Of a stretch of 64,000 nt of DNA, positions 36,843-49,384 are shown piece after piece; position 1 is the stretch's first letter; the number at the start of each line of letters is the position of its first letter. The DNA comes from Octopus sinensis. Taxonomy: Eukaryota. The stretch covers positions 160,766,001 through 160,830,000 of the forward strand of contig NC_043000.1 in NCBI RefSeq assembly GCF_006345805.1, read 5' to 3'. Below the pieces are notes generated by a model. That model saw nothing but the letters and a program-made list of their open reading frames with translations. It did no database searches and was not told the origin of the DNA. A program made the translations under genes and the position numbers.

Positions 36843-39279
36843 GTTCAGCTCCATTGGAATCATTATCCTCGTTCTCAACCCTACCACCGTCATCGCCATC
36901 TGTTTCAATATAGCACAAAGAATTTCGGGTTTTTCATATATATCTATACGCCTGTGAGTGTGTGTGTGTATATGTGTGTTTATGTGCGCCCGCGTGTGCT
37001 TATGTGAGATTTGGGCATGCGTTTGAAATCTGAGAATCGGTTCCAACAATTGCTTTAAACATTAATAATGGTGGCTTTGAAGATTATTCTAATGCCATGA
37101 CGTACTCTTATTATGGTCTTTCAACTTATAAAATGTTGCTAAATTTGAAGTATCTCTCTATTATTGAATAATATTTGATAAGAGCAGATTTTCAGATAAG
37201 CTAAGCTGAAGAATAAATGCCTCAGTCTATTAAGTTTTATCCTTTATGATCGCAATCATATTCTAGCTTACCGTGACTCGATGAGACGCAGTATGGGCAC
37301 AGTTAATTCTAAATGTTGAAAAAATTTACTTTTGTGATTATGTAAGCTCTGGCCTGATCGCATTGCGTGGCAACTTGGTCACATGTCTTCTTCTTCGGTA
37401 GTTGACTAAGCTTTGTTAGCAAAACTGGGTGGTCGAAACTGTGTGGATGTCAGGCGCGCCATCTATATATGAAGGTAATACAAGGACTAGTCCTGTCATA
37501 CGCTTAGTGTTAACTTTACATGGCGAGCAGATTACATTCAGCGTACAAATGGTCGAGAAAACCCCTACCACATTCACCACATTATAATAAATGGACATGT
37601 GTGTTTGTCAATGTTATTTAATTTTACTTGGTAAGAAAAAAAAAATAACATCTCTGCAGTTTTTAAGTAAATTTCATATCCGGCAGAACCAGTGGTAAAG
37701 TTTATACTTCGTGACTTCGACAGCACAGAATCTCATCTACAGCATGTAATTCACCAGGCACAATTAAGGGGGTTGAATTAGTGTTTAGTGACAAAACAAT
37801 TCGAAGCAATAATCATCAATGATACATAAGTATCGTGCTACTTGTAAAGGAGCAAATTGTGGAAGAATTTAGAAAGTAAAAAACAACTAGACAAAGAAGG
37901 ATCGTTTTATGGCAGAAGTAAATCTCAAGGGATATCCCACACTATTAGGAAAGCATTTTATGAAATGAAACTTACAATCGAATTAATAAAACAAAACTGA
38001 CAGATCCATCACTCATAATTGTGTAAGTTATACCCATCTATCCATAACAGACACGTTTATTAGCAAAAACTGTAGGTTCTGTACAACCATCACACATATC
38101 AAATGCTAAATAGGAAACCGATGCGAAATGAATCAAACTTGAATGAAAATATATAAAAAATATTACTTAAAGTATCGTTGTCCACATCGCTGCATTTCCA
38201 AAATTTGTTTTCAAGTTTAAACTTTTTTAAATATTATACCATCTCGGAGCGTTGATATTGTGCGACGGTAATTTTATTGGGGAATCATGCCAAAAATTCC
38301 TTTTCTCACATCACTCGGGGATGATGTTTCTTATTAGTAATACTTCATATAGATATATATATACGACAGCAGAGTTTATAAAATATGTATATTGTAGCCA
38401 CATTTCCCTATACTAAAATATATATCATATTAGTTGAAACAATGAATAGCTGAGGTGTGTAATGTAAATGATGTTTTAGACAGACAGTTGATAGAAATTT
38501 GAAAATTAGGAAACTTAAATGGCAATATTGTGAGGCTGATTTGATTTGCTTTGAAACACATCGGTAATTTTATCCAGCAGCGGTCAAGATTTATTAAATC
38601 AACTTCCTGTCCGGTATAACAAGTAAAATATTTATTCAGTGAGTAGGTTGATATTCAAGTGCTATAATGTTCAGTCTGGGCAGATTTATTGGTCTGCTGG
38701 TGACCAGTGTTTCGAATTACACATTAACTGTTCAAACAAAAACGTAGACATAAACATCTTCAAATATATATCAATTGACAACTTAGCTATAAAACATAAA
38801 ACTTCAAATATGCAACAATTATGAGCGATTACATTTTCATAAATAGTCGTTCACAAATTTTCCTCTCGAAACAATATTAACTGATAAATAAAAATTTTAA
38901 CTTGCATGATTGAACTGTTTTAATTTCAATTTGAACGTCACCAGCATAGCAACAGAATATTTTACTGTTCTGCTGGTTCACTCTGTTCTTAATCAAATAA
39001 CACCAGTACCCACTTGGAAAGTAAATGAGGACTAAATTTCTAAAGAAACTCAACTAGTAGAAATCCAGTCTCTCTCAGAGTTATTGATGTCACAAGTGGG
39101 AATATTTTGAAAATTCTACTTTCACTACACTAACATTAAGAAGAAATTAATGTACAAAAACATTTACTTGAATGCGTCAAATATTTTAGTGATAGGAATA
39201 AATTTAAAACGATATAATATATCATATGTATTTACACACACACAAAAGAACACATAAAATAGCGTTTGTTAGAAATACA

Positions 39280-39367
39280 GACAGACAGGCAGGAAGGCAG
39301 CAGGCAGACAGGCAGACGGACAGACAGAAAGACAGACAGACAGATAGATAGATAGATAGATAGATAT

Positions 39368-39400
<33 letters not shown>

Positions 39401-39409
39401 CATACGGGG

Positions 39410-39446
<37 letters not shown>
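39280..39446. repeat. (GACA)/(GATA)n tract flanking the 3' end of the Tx1-like LINE
   Basis: Direct reading. Confidence 0.95.
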
Positions 39447-40024
39447 TGTTTCTTTATTAGCCACACAGGGCTGCACACAGATAGAACAAATTACAAGGTA
39501 GAGCTTTTCTTTTGAAGGTTTAAAAAAAAAAAAAAAAAAAAAGGAAGGGGGAGTTTCGATCAAAAGGGATCGTAAAAGGAGAGAAAGAGGACAAAAAAAA
39601 GGGGGGTTAAAAAAAAGGGGGGGGTGGGAGAGGGAAAAAAAAAAAAATTGATCAATAGGGATCGTTATCACAGAAATGTCAATATGAAGTGTAAAGGGGA
39701 GGACAGGTGAGGTTTACCCGTGGAAAGAAAAGCCTACGGAAAAGACCACGGTAACCTCGGTCAATGAAGTCACATTTTATATTTCTTTTTTTTTTTTTTT
39801 TTTTTGCAAATAAGCAACTCTCTGTTTTCGATTTCTGGGTTCATAGGACTATGCTCAAGGTGGCTTCGTCATTCATACGTGCCATTCTTGCTACATTCAC
39901 CCATCTTTTTTTAAAACATTCGCTAGACAAAACTTGCCTCTCTACTCTACTTTCCTTTTCAAGTGGTACTTGAAGAAGTTGATGAGAGATTGACCAGAGA
40001 GGAAAGTGTTTGTCTCCAATCCTT

Positions 40025-41188
40025 TCAGACGCGTCCACCAGATACATTCTTTCGCCATAGCCACAAGGATGATGAAAATAGCTCTTCCTTCCCGTTTGAA
40101 GAAGGAGGCGTGACAATATTGACGATAGACTCAGCTGATAAACCGACTCGTCCCACACGTGACAGCAGTTGTTCGACATAAGCCCACAGGTCGGAAATTG
40201 TTGGACACTGAACGAGTGCGTGCAGAACGGTTTCGTCGCTCTGACCGCATCTCGGGCAGGTCGGCCCCGTGTTTCTCGAGCCGTGTCTGTAGAGCTTATC
40301 CCGAACGGGTAGCGCTTCTCGGTAGCACTGCCAGGCCAGGGATCTCTGGAAGTTGTCCATGGGCCCTGGCCCGAAAGTCGTCCCGAACAGGCGGGTCAGG
40401 TACTCTTCGTCGACGTCCAGGTTCGCCCCGAGCTCGTCGTCGTACCTCCCCTCCACTAAACCCCTATAGAATGCTTTGGTTGTGTTGAAGTCACTTAAGG
40501 TCGACCCAGGACGGCAGAGTTGCTTGAGAGCAACGCGACATTCGCCCTTCCTCGGCCTCTTTTTGATCCACGACTGCAGTTCGGTTATGGAGACGAGCTG
40601 CGGGAAAGCGTGCCTCACAAACGGCGACCACACCTGTTCACCGTCGTCTACATAGAGCCAGAGATGTCGCAGTCTCAGCGCGTGTCTGCGCATCATCAAC
40701 CACGGCATGCCCAGCCCTCCTTTTAACGGGTGTTGACAGCAAATGGATCGCCTGACCATCGGGACGCATCCTTTCCACAAGAAGCGAAAGAGGATGCGTT
40801 GTAGTTTGGTGATGGTAGGGTCGGGACAAGGTACGACGGTCAGGCGGTAGTAGATGACGGACGCGATGTACGTGTTCGCCACCTCCGCTCGACCTTTTAG
40901 GGACAGTTTCCTCTCGGCCCATTGCCGGGCGAGAGTGACCACCCTACTCGTTATCTCGTTCCAGTTCTTCTCCACTTGGAGGTCCGGACCAAACCAGACC
41001 CCGAGCAACTCAACCGGGCCGTCGGTCCAGCGTCCCACGACGGAAGCGCTGGTGGACGGCATGGGCTTGCTTCTCCAGGTGCCTAGTCGCAAGCCCACTG
41101 ACTTTTCCCGGTTGATTTTCGCTCCTGTCACCGCTTCGTAGTTTTTCAGTGTCTCGCCGACCAGCTCGATGTGCTCGTGGCTAGACAC
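40025..41188 (-). CDS. Tx1/L1 ORF2 C-terminal segment (RT end, zf-RVT/CCHC)
   Basis: GAKINREKS, LLGVWFG, LSLKGRAEVAN, CX2CX7HX4C. Confidence 0.85.
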   Translation of the reverse strand: MSSHEHIELVGETLKNYEAVTGAKINREKSVGLRLGTWRSKPMPSTSASVVGRWTDGPVELLGVWFGPDLQVEKNWNEITSRVVTLARQWAERKLSLKGRAEVANTYIASVIYYRLTVVPCPDPTITKLQRILFRFLWKGCVPMVRRSICCQHPLKGGLGMPWLMMRRHALRLRHLWLYVDDGEQVWSPFVRHAFPQLVSITELQSWIKKRPRKGECRVALKQLCRPGSTLSDFNTTKAFYRGLVEGRYDDELGANLDVDEEYLTRLFGTTFGPGPMDNFQRSLAWQCYREALPVRDKLYRHGSRNTGPTCPRCGQSDETVLHALVQCPTISDLWAYVEQLLSRVGRVGLSAESIVNIVTPPSSNGKEELFSSSLWLWRKNVSGGRV

Positions 41189-41191
41189 TAT

Positions 41192-41519
41192 TATTAAAGA
41201 CTCCGCCGGTTACGACGACGAGGGTCCCAGCTGATACGATCAACGGAACAGCTTGCTCGTGAAATTAACGTGCAAATGGCTGAGCATTCCACAGACACGT
41301 GTACCCTTAACGTAGTTCTCGGGGATAATCAGCGTGACACAGAGAGTGACAAGGCTGACCCTTTGAAATACAAGTACAACTCATTTTTGCCAGCTGAGTG
41401 GACTGGAGCAACGTGAAATAAAGTGTCTTGCTCAAGGACACAACGCGTCGCCGGGAATCGAACTCACAACCTTACGATCATGAGCCGAATGCCCTAACCA
41501 CTAAGCCACGCGCCCTCAC
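41192..41519 (-). mobile_element. tRNA-derived SINE family C inserted into the Tx1 RT
   Basis: 13-bp TSD ggctagacactat at 41179-41191 and 41520-41532; A box tggcttagtggt, B box gttcgattcc. Confidence 0.92.
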
Positions 41520-42120
41520 GGCTAGACACTATGACGGTGACGTCATCCGCGTATGCAGACACGCTCGTCCCGCATCCCAATTCTCGCGGGATGCCCCTTA
41601 GAGTCGCCAGCTTCCGCAGTAGTGGCTCAAGAGTCAATACGTATAGAAGCGCCGAGAGGGGGCATCCCTGACGGACCGAACGTGCAATGTCGAAAGGTCT
41701 CGATAGATGTCCATTTACGCGAATTACCGAACGGATGCCTCTGTACAAGGCAGCTATCCAGCCGCGGAAGACGGGCCCGAAACCAGCCGCTCTCAGGACT
41801 GCCTCCAAGTATCGATGGTCCACCCTATCAAAGGCTTTCGATTGATCCAAGTTGATCAGGGCCCCACCCATCCCAGGTTCGTTAACTACCCTGTCTATGA
41901 TGTAGCGCATCAGATGGAGGTTGTCATGGATGGTCCGGCCTGGCACGGCGCATGTTTGCGCCTTGTCGACCAGTTTCTCGATGACAAGCGCCAACCTCTT
42001 GGCTAGCACCTTGGCCAAAATTTTCAAGTCTGCATTAAGCAGAGTGATGGGCCTAAAGTTATCTATTACATTTCCCTTGTTTAGATCTTTCTTCAGCAGT
42101 GTTACGGCTCCTCGGCTCAC
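41494..42120 (-). CDS. Tx1/L1 ORF2 reverse transcriptase core
   Basis: NFRPITLLNADLKILAKVLAKRL...LDQSKAFDRVDH...VRQGCPLS...AYADDV. Confidence 0.88.
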   Translation of the reverse strand: MSRGAVTLLKKDLNKGNVIDNFRPITLLNADLKILAKVLAKRLALVIEKLVDKAQTCAVPGRTIHDNLHLMRYIIDRVVNEPGMGGALINLDQSKAFDRVDHRYLEAVLRAAGFGPVFRGWIAALYRGIRSVIRVNGHLSRPFDIARSVRQGCPLSALLYVLTLEPLLRKLATLRGIPRELGCGTSVSAYADDVTVIVSSREGAWLSG

Positions 42121-42813
42121 AAAACCAGGAATGCTCCCGTTTTGCTGCCAGTTGCATTACACCGCCGCCAAGAGATCTCCAAACAAGTCTGGCATACAAT
42201 TGTAAAGCTCGTAGGGTAGACCATCCAAACCCGGTGATTTGTCCCTCGAGCATTCTGCCATCGCTTCCCGCACTTCCGCCGCCGTGATGGCACCTTCGCA
42301 GCACCCTGCCTTTCTTGTCGAGAGTCGTGGTAGGCTATGTAGGTAGGCACTGAAGTCCACCCTACGTTCTTGCCCTCCACTCGTTCCGAACAGTCGGGCA
42401 AAATGCTGCTGAAAGGCCTCACACATTTTACTTGGCTCGAGCAATTCGCGCCCCTGTTCATCTACCAGTGACCGAATGGTGGCATTGTTGCCCTGTTGCG
42501 CCTCTGCCACCCGGGCCTCTCTCGCGGCTCCAACACCTTCGTTCCTTAGAGCACGCATCCTAGCTCTGACAGCACATCCTTCGTGTTTGGCGTTGAAGTG
42601 TTGGTCGAGGGCCAACCTCGCCGCCAAAACGTCGGATGCGATGCCGCTTCTAATTGCCTCTTCTAGCTTCTTAACTAGCTCACCCTCTACTCTATTTCTA
42701 TCTATGGCTAGTGCTTTGCTGTACCTAATCGCTTCTGCTTTTACTGCTCTCTTGAGGGCAAACCACCATTTGTTGTTGATGATGGCTCCCGTCAAAGCTT
42801 CTTTACTAGTGTG

Positions 42814-43602
42814 CTAATCCGGTCTCTGAAAACTTGTCTCGATTGGAAAGACGTTTAGTTTCCAGTATCCGGGACCCTGCCTAAGAGTCTTACCTAAGTC
42901 TAGCGTACATGTCACAAGTTTGTGATCCGTGTAGCTGACTATGTGGAATTGTGGACATCCTATGCTATCTCTATCTACTGTCCTACACAGTATCCTATCT
43001 AGATACGATCTCGACGACCCGATGCGGTTGCTCCCTGTCCACGTTGGCGCATTCGGGTGGTCTAGTCGGAACCTGTCAGACAGTTGAAAGCGTCTGAGCA
43101 GGTCTCTGAGGCATTTGCATCCCCGTCTATTCCTATCTCTACCCACGTAGTCTACATGCGTGTCCAAGGTAGCATTCCAATCCCCCACTAAGAGTAAAGG
43201 ACGAGACGTTCCCAAGAAAACTTCTAGACGTTGAAAGAAATCCGCCCGACCTGTTAAGGGCGGTGCGTAAACTGATACGAGTCGAAAAGCGCACCCATTG
43301 CTGCCGTCGACATCCAGGACGACCAGTCTACCCTCCGGGTCTACGAATATTGTCCTTACCTTGAGATCCAGACTCTTGTGAAAAAGTACCGCGGTGCCAC
43401 TACCGCCCATTCTCGGCAGACAGGGGGAAAAATAAATGTTGAACTGTCCGCCAAACATGGTCTTTAGGGCCCGCGGATTGTGGAGTCTGGTCTCGCTTAT
43501 GGCTATGATTTCTAACTTATGTGACTTTATGTCATTTAAGAGGTACCCTTGTTTCCAAGGGGACCCCAAGCCACGCGCATTTACACAACCAATCTTGATC
43601 AT
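42814..43602 (-). CDS. Tx1/L1 ORF2 apurinic-like endonuclease (APE) domain
   Basis: Catalytic motifs N (VNARG), E (ISET), GDxN, D (YLDR), DH (YTDH). Confidence 0.88.
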   Translation of the reverse strand: MIKIGCVNARGLGSPWKQGYLLNDIKSHKLEIIAISETRLHNPRALKTMFGGQFNIYFSPCLPRMGGSGTAVLFHKSLDLKVRTIFVDPEGRLVVLDVDGSNGCAFRLVSVYAPPLTGRADFFQRLEVFLGTSRPLLLVGDWNATLDTHVDYVGRDRNRRGCKCLRDLLRRFQLSDRFRLDHPNAPTWTGSNRIGSSRSYLDRILCRTVDRDSIGCPQFHIVSYTDHKLVTCTLDLGKTLRQGPGYWKLNVFPIETSFQRPD

Positions 43603-44149
43603 AGTTCTAATGAATTAGAATACATAGGGTTACTTACTGCTCGAAAGTTTTTGCTTTCTCCTCCGTTGGTTTGTCCTCGAGAAGATCCCAGTACAGTTTC
43701 TTGGTGAGATATTTTTGGCATTTACCAACCGCACTGGGGAAAATGCCTTGAGTGTGTGGTGCAGACTTTTGGAGATGTGTAATATTTTGATGTGGTCTGG
43801 TGGTGTTGTGTATGGGTGATTGTTTGTTTTTATGTCATCTTCTGTTATGTTGTTTTTGATTGGATGTATTCCATCAAATTTGTGTTTTTGGTGTCTATGG
43901 CTGTGAGCATGTTTGCTGTAATGTTTTTGTGGTGTTGGTGTGGCTGTTGTTTGCGTTGGGTTTTGAAATGTCTTCGGGAGATGTATTTCCCCCTGCTTTG
44001 TTCGTGTTTGCATTTGGTTTGGTTGTGTTTCTGCTCTTTATTTTCCTTCTTTTTGTAGCTATTTGCCATTCCTCACTGGTTTCGTCTTCCGACGAAATTT
44101 CTGAGGAATCAGAAGGGGGTAGGGGTATGTTGTGGGCTTCTATGTATGT

Positions 44150-45391
44150 CTATGTAAGTGGTTGTGTTGTTGTTTTCGTTGTTGTTGGTTGTTGAGTGTT
44201 TGTGTGTGTTGAGTGCGGTATAAGGGATGGGGGATCAGTTTGTGTGTGTTTTCTTTGTTTTTCTGTTCCTTTGGGTTTTGCTGTTGATGGTGGTGTTGGT
44301 ATTTTTTCAGGTGTCGAGTGGTTTTTGGTTGATGACGGATTAGCTTGGTGTGCTTGTCTTGTCGTCTTCTGTGTTGATGGTGGTGTGGGTAGTAGAGCTT
44401 TTTTTCCGGAGTGCTTTGGTTGTGGTAGTGGTTGTTGTTGTTGCTCTTGGTGTGCAGTGGTTGGGCACGTCTTTTTCAAGTGTGTTTCGCTTCCACACAA
44501 ATAGCAGCGTGGTCGCCTGCCCTCTACCACTATATAGAGTTTGTAGCCTCCTGGCAGTTCTATAGCGGTGGGTATCTTCTCTCTTGCTGCTTCATCCAAT
44601 TGAAGCAGGAATTCGATTGATTTGCCCACATAGTCTTTCTCTCCTAGAACCGCGATTTCCAGGATGTTTGTCTCTGACATTTCAAAGCAGATGGCAGAGA
44701 CCAACCATTGTGTTTCGACATCAAATGGTATGTTTTTTATTTGGACTTTCGTGACCCTTTTGTTTAAATAGACTGGTATCATTACCAAGTCGTCCGAATG
44801 CAGCTCCAATGTGGAAAAACGTTTTGCTAAACTTTCGTTGAGGAAACGTACTTGGACTGTACCAAATTTGTTTCCCCAACTGATATATTCCTTGGAGTCC
44901 CATGCAGGACGAAGGCATTTATCGATTTTTTCCTGCGGTGCATTTTCTGTTCTTCTTGTTTTTTTGTTTATTACTTTATAAATTATTGTTTTTTTTTGTG
45001 TGTTTTCCACGATGTGTTGTGGAATATGAAGGTGCAATTTGTCTCCTTCTTTGGAGAAGAGTGCCTTTGTGCGGTTTATCTCTTGTGTGGTGAATGTTAC
45101 AATTGTTCTTTTTTGTTTTGTTACGTCCGCAAAATTCGTTTTGAATTTGGCAGTAGAAGTGTTAATTGTGGCAGTGTTAATTGAAGTCATGGTAGTGGTG
45201 TTGGTGTTGGCGGTATTAGCAGCAGAAGGCTTGGATGTAGCATTTGACGTCGTAGTAGTGGTGTTGGTGTTGGCGGTGTTGGCGGTGTTGGCGGTGTTGT
45301 CTTTGGTAGGCGGCTTTGTGCCAATTTCGTTGTTGTTGTTGTTGGTGGTGATGGTGGTGGTGCTGGCATTCATGTTTTCGTTTGTATTCAT
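44150..45391 (-). CDS. Tx1-like ORF1 (nucleic-acid-binding, CCHC zinc knuckle), main open segment
   Basis: CX2CX4HX4C knuckle CYLCGSETHLKKTC, RRM-like region (KVQIKNIPFDV), Thr/Asn-rich low-complexity N-terminus. Confidence 0.8.
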   Translation of the reverse strand: MNTNENMNASTTTITTNNNNNEIGTKPPTKDNTANTANTANTNTTTTTSNATSKPSAANTANTNTTTMTSINTATINTSTAKFKTNFADVTKQKRTIVTFTTQEINRTKALFSKEGDKLHLHIPQHIVENTQKKTIIYKVINKKTRRTENAPQEKIDKCLRPAWDSKEYISWGNKFGTVQVRFLNESLAKRFSTLELHSDDLVMIPVYLNKRVTKVQIKNIPFDVETQWLVSAICFEMSETNILEIAVLGEKDYVGKSIEFLLQLDEAAREKIPTAIELPGGYKLYIVVEGRRPRCYLCGSETHLKKTCPTTAHQEQQQQPLPQPKHSGKKALLPTPPSTQKTTRQAHQANPSSTKNHSTPEKIPTPPSTAKPKGTEKQRKHTQTDPPSLIPHSTHTNTQQPTTTKTTTQPLT

Positions 45392-45865
45392 TTTTGAAAT
45401 CCCTTTCTCTGTCCCTTTATCATCAACAAGTGGTGTGGGGAGTGAGGGGAAATCTAAGTTAATGTCTTTGGTCGCGGCGATGGTGAATGCGACGTTAGAT
45501 TTGTTGTTGTTGTTGTGGTGGTGGTGATGGTGGTGACAGCGGTGTTCACGCTGCGATGTTTAGCAGTTAGTGGTAGCAATAGTGTTTTGCTACCGTTCTG
45601 CATGACTGGCGGGCTAGCCACGTGGTTTCTAGTTGCCATTTTCAAAATGAAAAATGGCTAAAAAACCCACGAAAGTTTTGAAAGTTTTTTTGTAATTTCG
45701 CCCATACAGGGGCGGAATTCTACGTGAATAATTCTCAGGTTTTTTAGTGAATGAACTTGCACAACGATTAAAACAAAATATTTGACAACAAGGAGTTTTA
45801 AACATGTAAAAGTGGCCAACTTACGTGGAGCCGATATGACTAGCGTCCGTCCATTGTGAGAGATG

Positions 45866-45867
<2 letters not shown>

Positions 45868-45934
<67 letters not shown>

Positions 45935-45935
45935 G

Positions 45936-45966
<31 letters not shown>
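45868..45966. repeat. (GATA)n tract flanking the 5' end of the Tx1-like LINE
   Basis: Direct reading. Confidence 0.95.
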
Positions 45967-45967
<1 letters not shown>

Positions 45968-46368
45968 TGCATATAAATGTTCATTGTCGGCTTGAACTAG
46001 TCGCACTTTATACTCATATACATACATGCCAGAAAATTATTCTATCTCAGCTTAATAGAAAAGTATGTCTAATAATTTTAGGTGACATAGAACTACTTCC
46101 CCATTCGTATAACCATTCATATTACATCTATTACTTAAGAAATGAATGCAGTGCTTATGACCCTTTGTAGAGCCACTGCGACCAGAAAGAGATGTTACCT
46201 ACAAGAATTTATCCTAATTATAAAATTCTTACGATACAACTAACGGTATAGAAACAGACTCCTTAATGGAGTCAAGAAAACGTTTGACACAAATATTATA
46301 TTCTGAATGTGTTTCATGAGCTGAAGCAAATTGCAGAACAGAATAACAAGAGAAAATATAGACGACAC

Positions 46369-47500
46369 ACGAGAGTAGGCAGAGACGTTGATAGGCTGAC
46401 CAAGATACTGACATGGAATGTGACCAAATAAGGTGTGCTTTTCTTCATAGTTCCCTTTGTGGCCCACACACTTCTTCCATCGGTGTTACAGTGTTTGAAT
46501 CCCATTGGTCAAGAAGCTTTCATTCTGTTGATGAAAAAGTTGTTACCAGCAGCCAGCGGATATGACGTCATCGTCCCTGTGATACTGGTTCCAAGCCAAG
46601 AGATGGGGGACTGGTGATAGTTACATAGGGCCAGATCAAGAGAATATGATAAGTTATGAACCAGTTCAAAGCACAGTCATGCATAACAGCCACTGAAATC
46701 AAGGACTTGTGTGCTGGGGTATTGTTCTGATGAAACAACACACCTTTTATCAGGTATCCTTGACGTTTAGCCTTGATAACATTTCGTAACTGCCTCATCG
46801 GGTTGGCATCGGGTTGTATTGATAGTGTGACCCATTTGAAGATATTCAGTAAGTACATTGCTTTTTTCATCTCAAACTGAAACCATCTTCTCTAGAAATT
46901 AGGCTATGTTGGCCTTCTTTGGAGCAGGTGTGGAGGAGAGCTACCATTGCATGGATTGTGCCTTTGTCTCTGGCTCAAAGTAATGAGCCCAACACTCATC
47001 TTGGGTTAGTAAACATTCAACGAAAACAGCTTGATCTGATTCAAGCAATGTCAGATTTTCTTATGAAATGTTTTCCTAGTGAGCTTTTGAACCTGTGTAA
47101 GAAGACGTGACACCCACCGAGCGGAAACCTTTGTTATTCCAAGTTCATTGTACAAGATAATCTCAACTCTTTCACGGAATACGCAACTGCATGGGCTATT
47201 TGATTTATATTCTACCACCTGTCATCAATTCCTACGTGGTGAACACGATCAATGTTTTCCACGGTGGTGGCAGTTGCAGAAGATCCAGGACTTGCATCAT
47301 CTCCCAGTTTCCGTTCACCTCCTAAATTCAGCTACCTACTTTTGCACTGTTGATAAAGCTGGAGCGTCATCGCCTACTGGAGTAACTATGTCAGCATGAA
47401 TCTTGTTTGGGGATAAACCTTTTTTCTGAAGGTACTTGATGAAATCACGATACCAAATTTTTTCATTTTCAAGAGAAGTCGATACTAGCTTTTATTGAAG
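46369..47500 (-). mobile_element. Decayed mariner transposon
   Basis: MKKIWYRDFIKYLQKKGLSP.KIHAD...STVQK*VAEFRR; GVLFHQNNTPAHKS; frameshifted HPPYSPDL region; only one TIR-like end seen. Confidence 0.82.
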
Positions 47501-47859
47501 TCTTCTTTTAACATTCATATATAAGATTATATGGAACAAAACTATAGCGTTATTAATAAGAAGGGTTGAAATTAATGCATGCAAGATTTCACAGTTGTAG
47601 AATTACTCCGACGACAGTTTCTGTTGTATCAACATGTGTATAATAATAATGAGTCCATTAAGTTTTATAAGTTTGAAAAAAGAATTACAGTTAAACAAAA
47701 TCCAATATTAATGTTAAAGCTAACAGAAGTGTATATATAAATAAGAGAAAGAACGAATCAAGGAATATTATCTGGAAAAATGCACCATTCACATACTCAA
47801 TAACAACCAATATTCCTCGAATATTCTTTGTTGCACTAAATAAATATTTTCCCACTTCA

Positions 47860-48620
47860 ATGGGAAATTACTTACTCGCCATAATATAAAATTTTCGTAT
47901 TCAGCCAACAGAAATTTGGTTGATATTATACCAACACGTAAGAAACGGAGAATTAGGGAATATAAAAACTCAAAATCTGTAAACAAGAGCAGAATTGTGA
48001 GTGTGAATTGTGAAACTAACTCTAATGATAATTTTCCTGAACTAGATTTAGATGTTTTAAGTAAAAATATCTTTGATAAAACAATGAAGTTATCACCAAG
48101 TTTTAATATTAATTATAATACTAATAATAGTCCTGCCTTAACACCTAATTCTGAGAGGAGGACTAACCATGACTACCAAATACAAATGAGTAAATGCCTG
48201 TGTAACTGAAAAAAAAAACAAAATTGTCTCTCCTTTAGAAAGTCAATGATCAATGAAAAATTATATTGTATCAATGCAAAGGAAAAGCACGGGGTCATAA
48301 ATATTATTATATAGGTTCATTGGCTACAATTTGGAAATCTAGATTTCATAATCATTCTCATTCATTTAAGTACAGAAGAAAGAATAATTCTAAAATTCTT
48401 ACTAAATGTATTTGGGATTTAAAAGAGAGGAATATTAAGTATCATTGTGGTCTATTATGAGTTACGCAGTATCATACAATATTGGCAATTCTAAATGTGA
48501 TATTTGCCTTGAAGAAATGTATTATATAGTTACATCTAAATTAATATTAACAAAATATAATGTTAATTTTACAATGAAATGTTATCACAAATTTAGGAAG
48601 AGAATTTAAATATTTAAATT
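47860..48620 (+). mobile_element. Penelope-like GIY-YIG endonuclease remnant
   Basis: ILYQC...YYIGSLATIWKSRFHNHSHSFK...LTKCIWDLKERNI...KCDICLEE. Confidence 0.7.
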
Positions 48621-49287
48621 TTTTAATTATAATTGCTTTTCATATATGATATAATAAGTACGATTTTTCTTAAAATGCTTTGTGTATTTAATAGATAGAC
48701 GAGTAACTGTCGTGACGTTGAATTCCTACCTTTGAAATTGGGGTAACGTAGAATTAATATGTTTATTTTTTATTCTTTCGTTATCCAATGACGTCACCAA
48801 AATTTGAATATCAAAATAGCTTTTCTTAGAATATTATATTTATTCTTAACGTTATTTCTATATACGTTTGTGTCATGGAGATATTCTGTATGCGTTTGTG
48901 TAATGGAGTTCGCTTTGAATTTAATTAATTCTGGATCACCTTGAAAGGGATATGTTAACATGTATTTTCGGATATATTAATTTGAATATTTTCTGTATCT
49001 AAATATGTTGATACAACATATTTACCGACCAATATATACCGACGGTCGGTATCTTATGGTGAATACAACAATCAAAGGTTTCGTATTTGTGTTGTCGAAT
49101 ACTCGGGGTTTCTTGAAATACTTCTAAATGATATTTGGATCTAAGTGTCATATACAAGAAATTACTTTGGATGTTTATTCCATTTGCGTTTCTCATTGTT
49201 TGATATATTTATCAAAATTCGTTAAAACTGAGTATTTCCTTGTTTTGACGTTTTAACCCCTTTTTTCTTCCCTTACACACACACACG

Positions 49288-49328
<41 letters not shown>

Positions 49329-49384
49329 GCACACAAGAACACACACACACACACATACACATATACATATATATATAATCGCTC

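Larger units (their letters stand above)
39447..45867 (-). mobile_element. Near full-length Tx1/L1-clade LINE (ORF1 + ORF2 APE-RT-CCHC), inserted in (GATA)n
   Basis: ORF1 about 45645-43633 with CYLCGSETHLKKTC; ORF2 43602-39841 with APE (VNARGL, ISETRL, VGDWNA, YLDRIL, TDHKLV), RT (FRPITLLNAD, DQSKAFDRVDH, RQGCPLS, YADD), CPRCGQSDETVLHALVQC; aataaa near the 3' end. Confidence 0.93.

Noticed and set aside
40159-45527. Numerous plus-strand ORFs overlapping the Tx1 element
   Set aside because: Antisense shadows of GC-richer or low-complexity LINE coding sequence; no independent motifs
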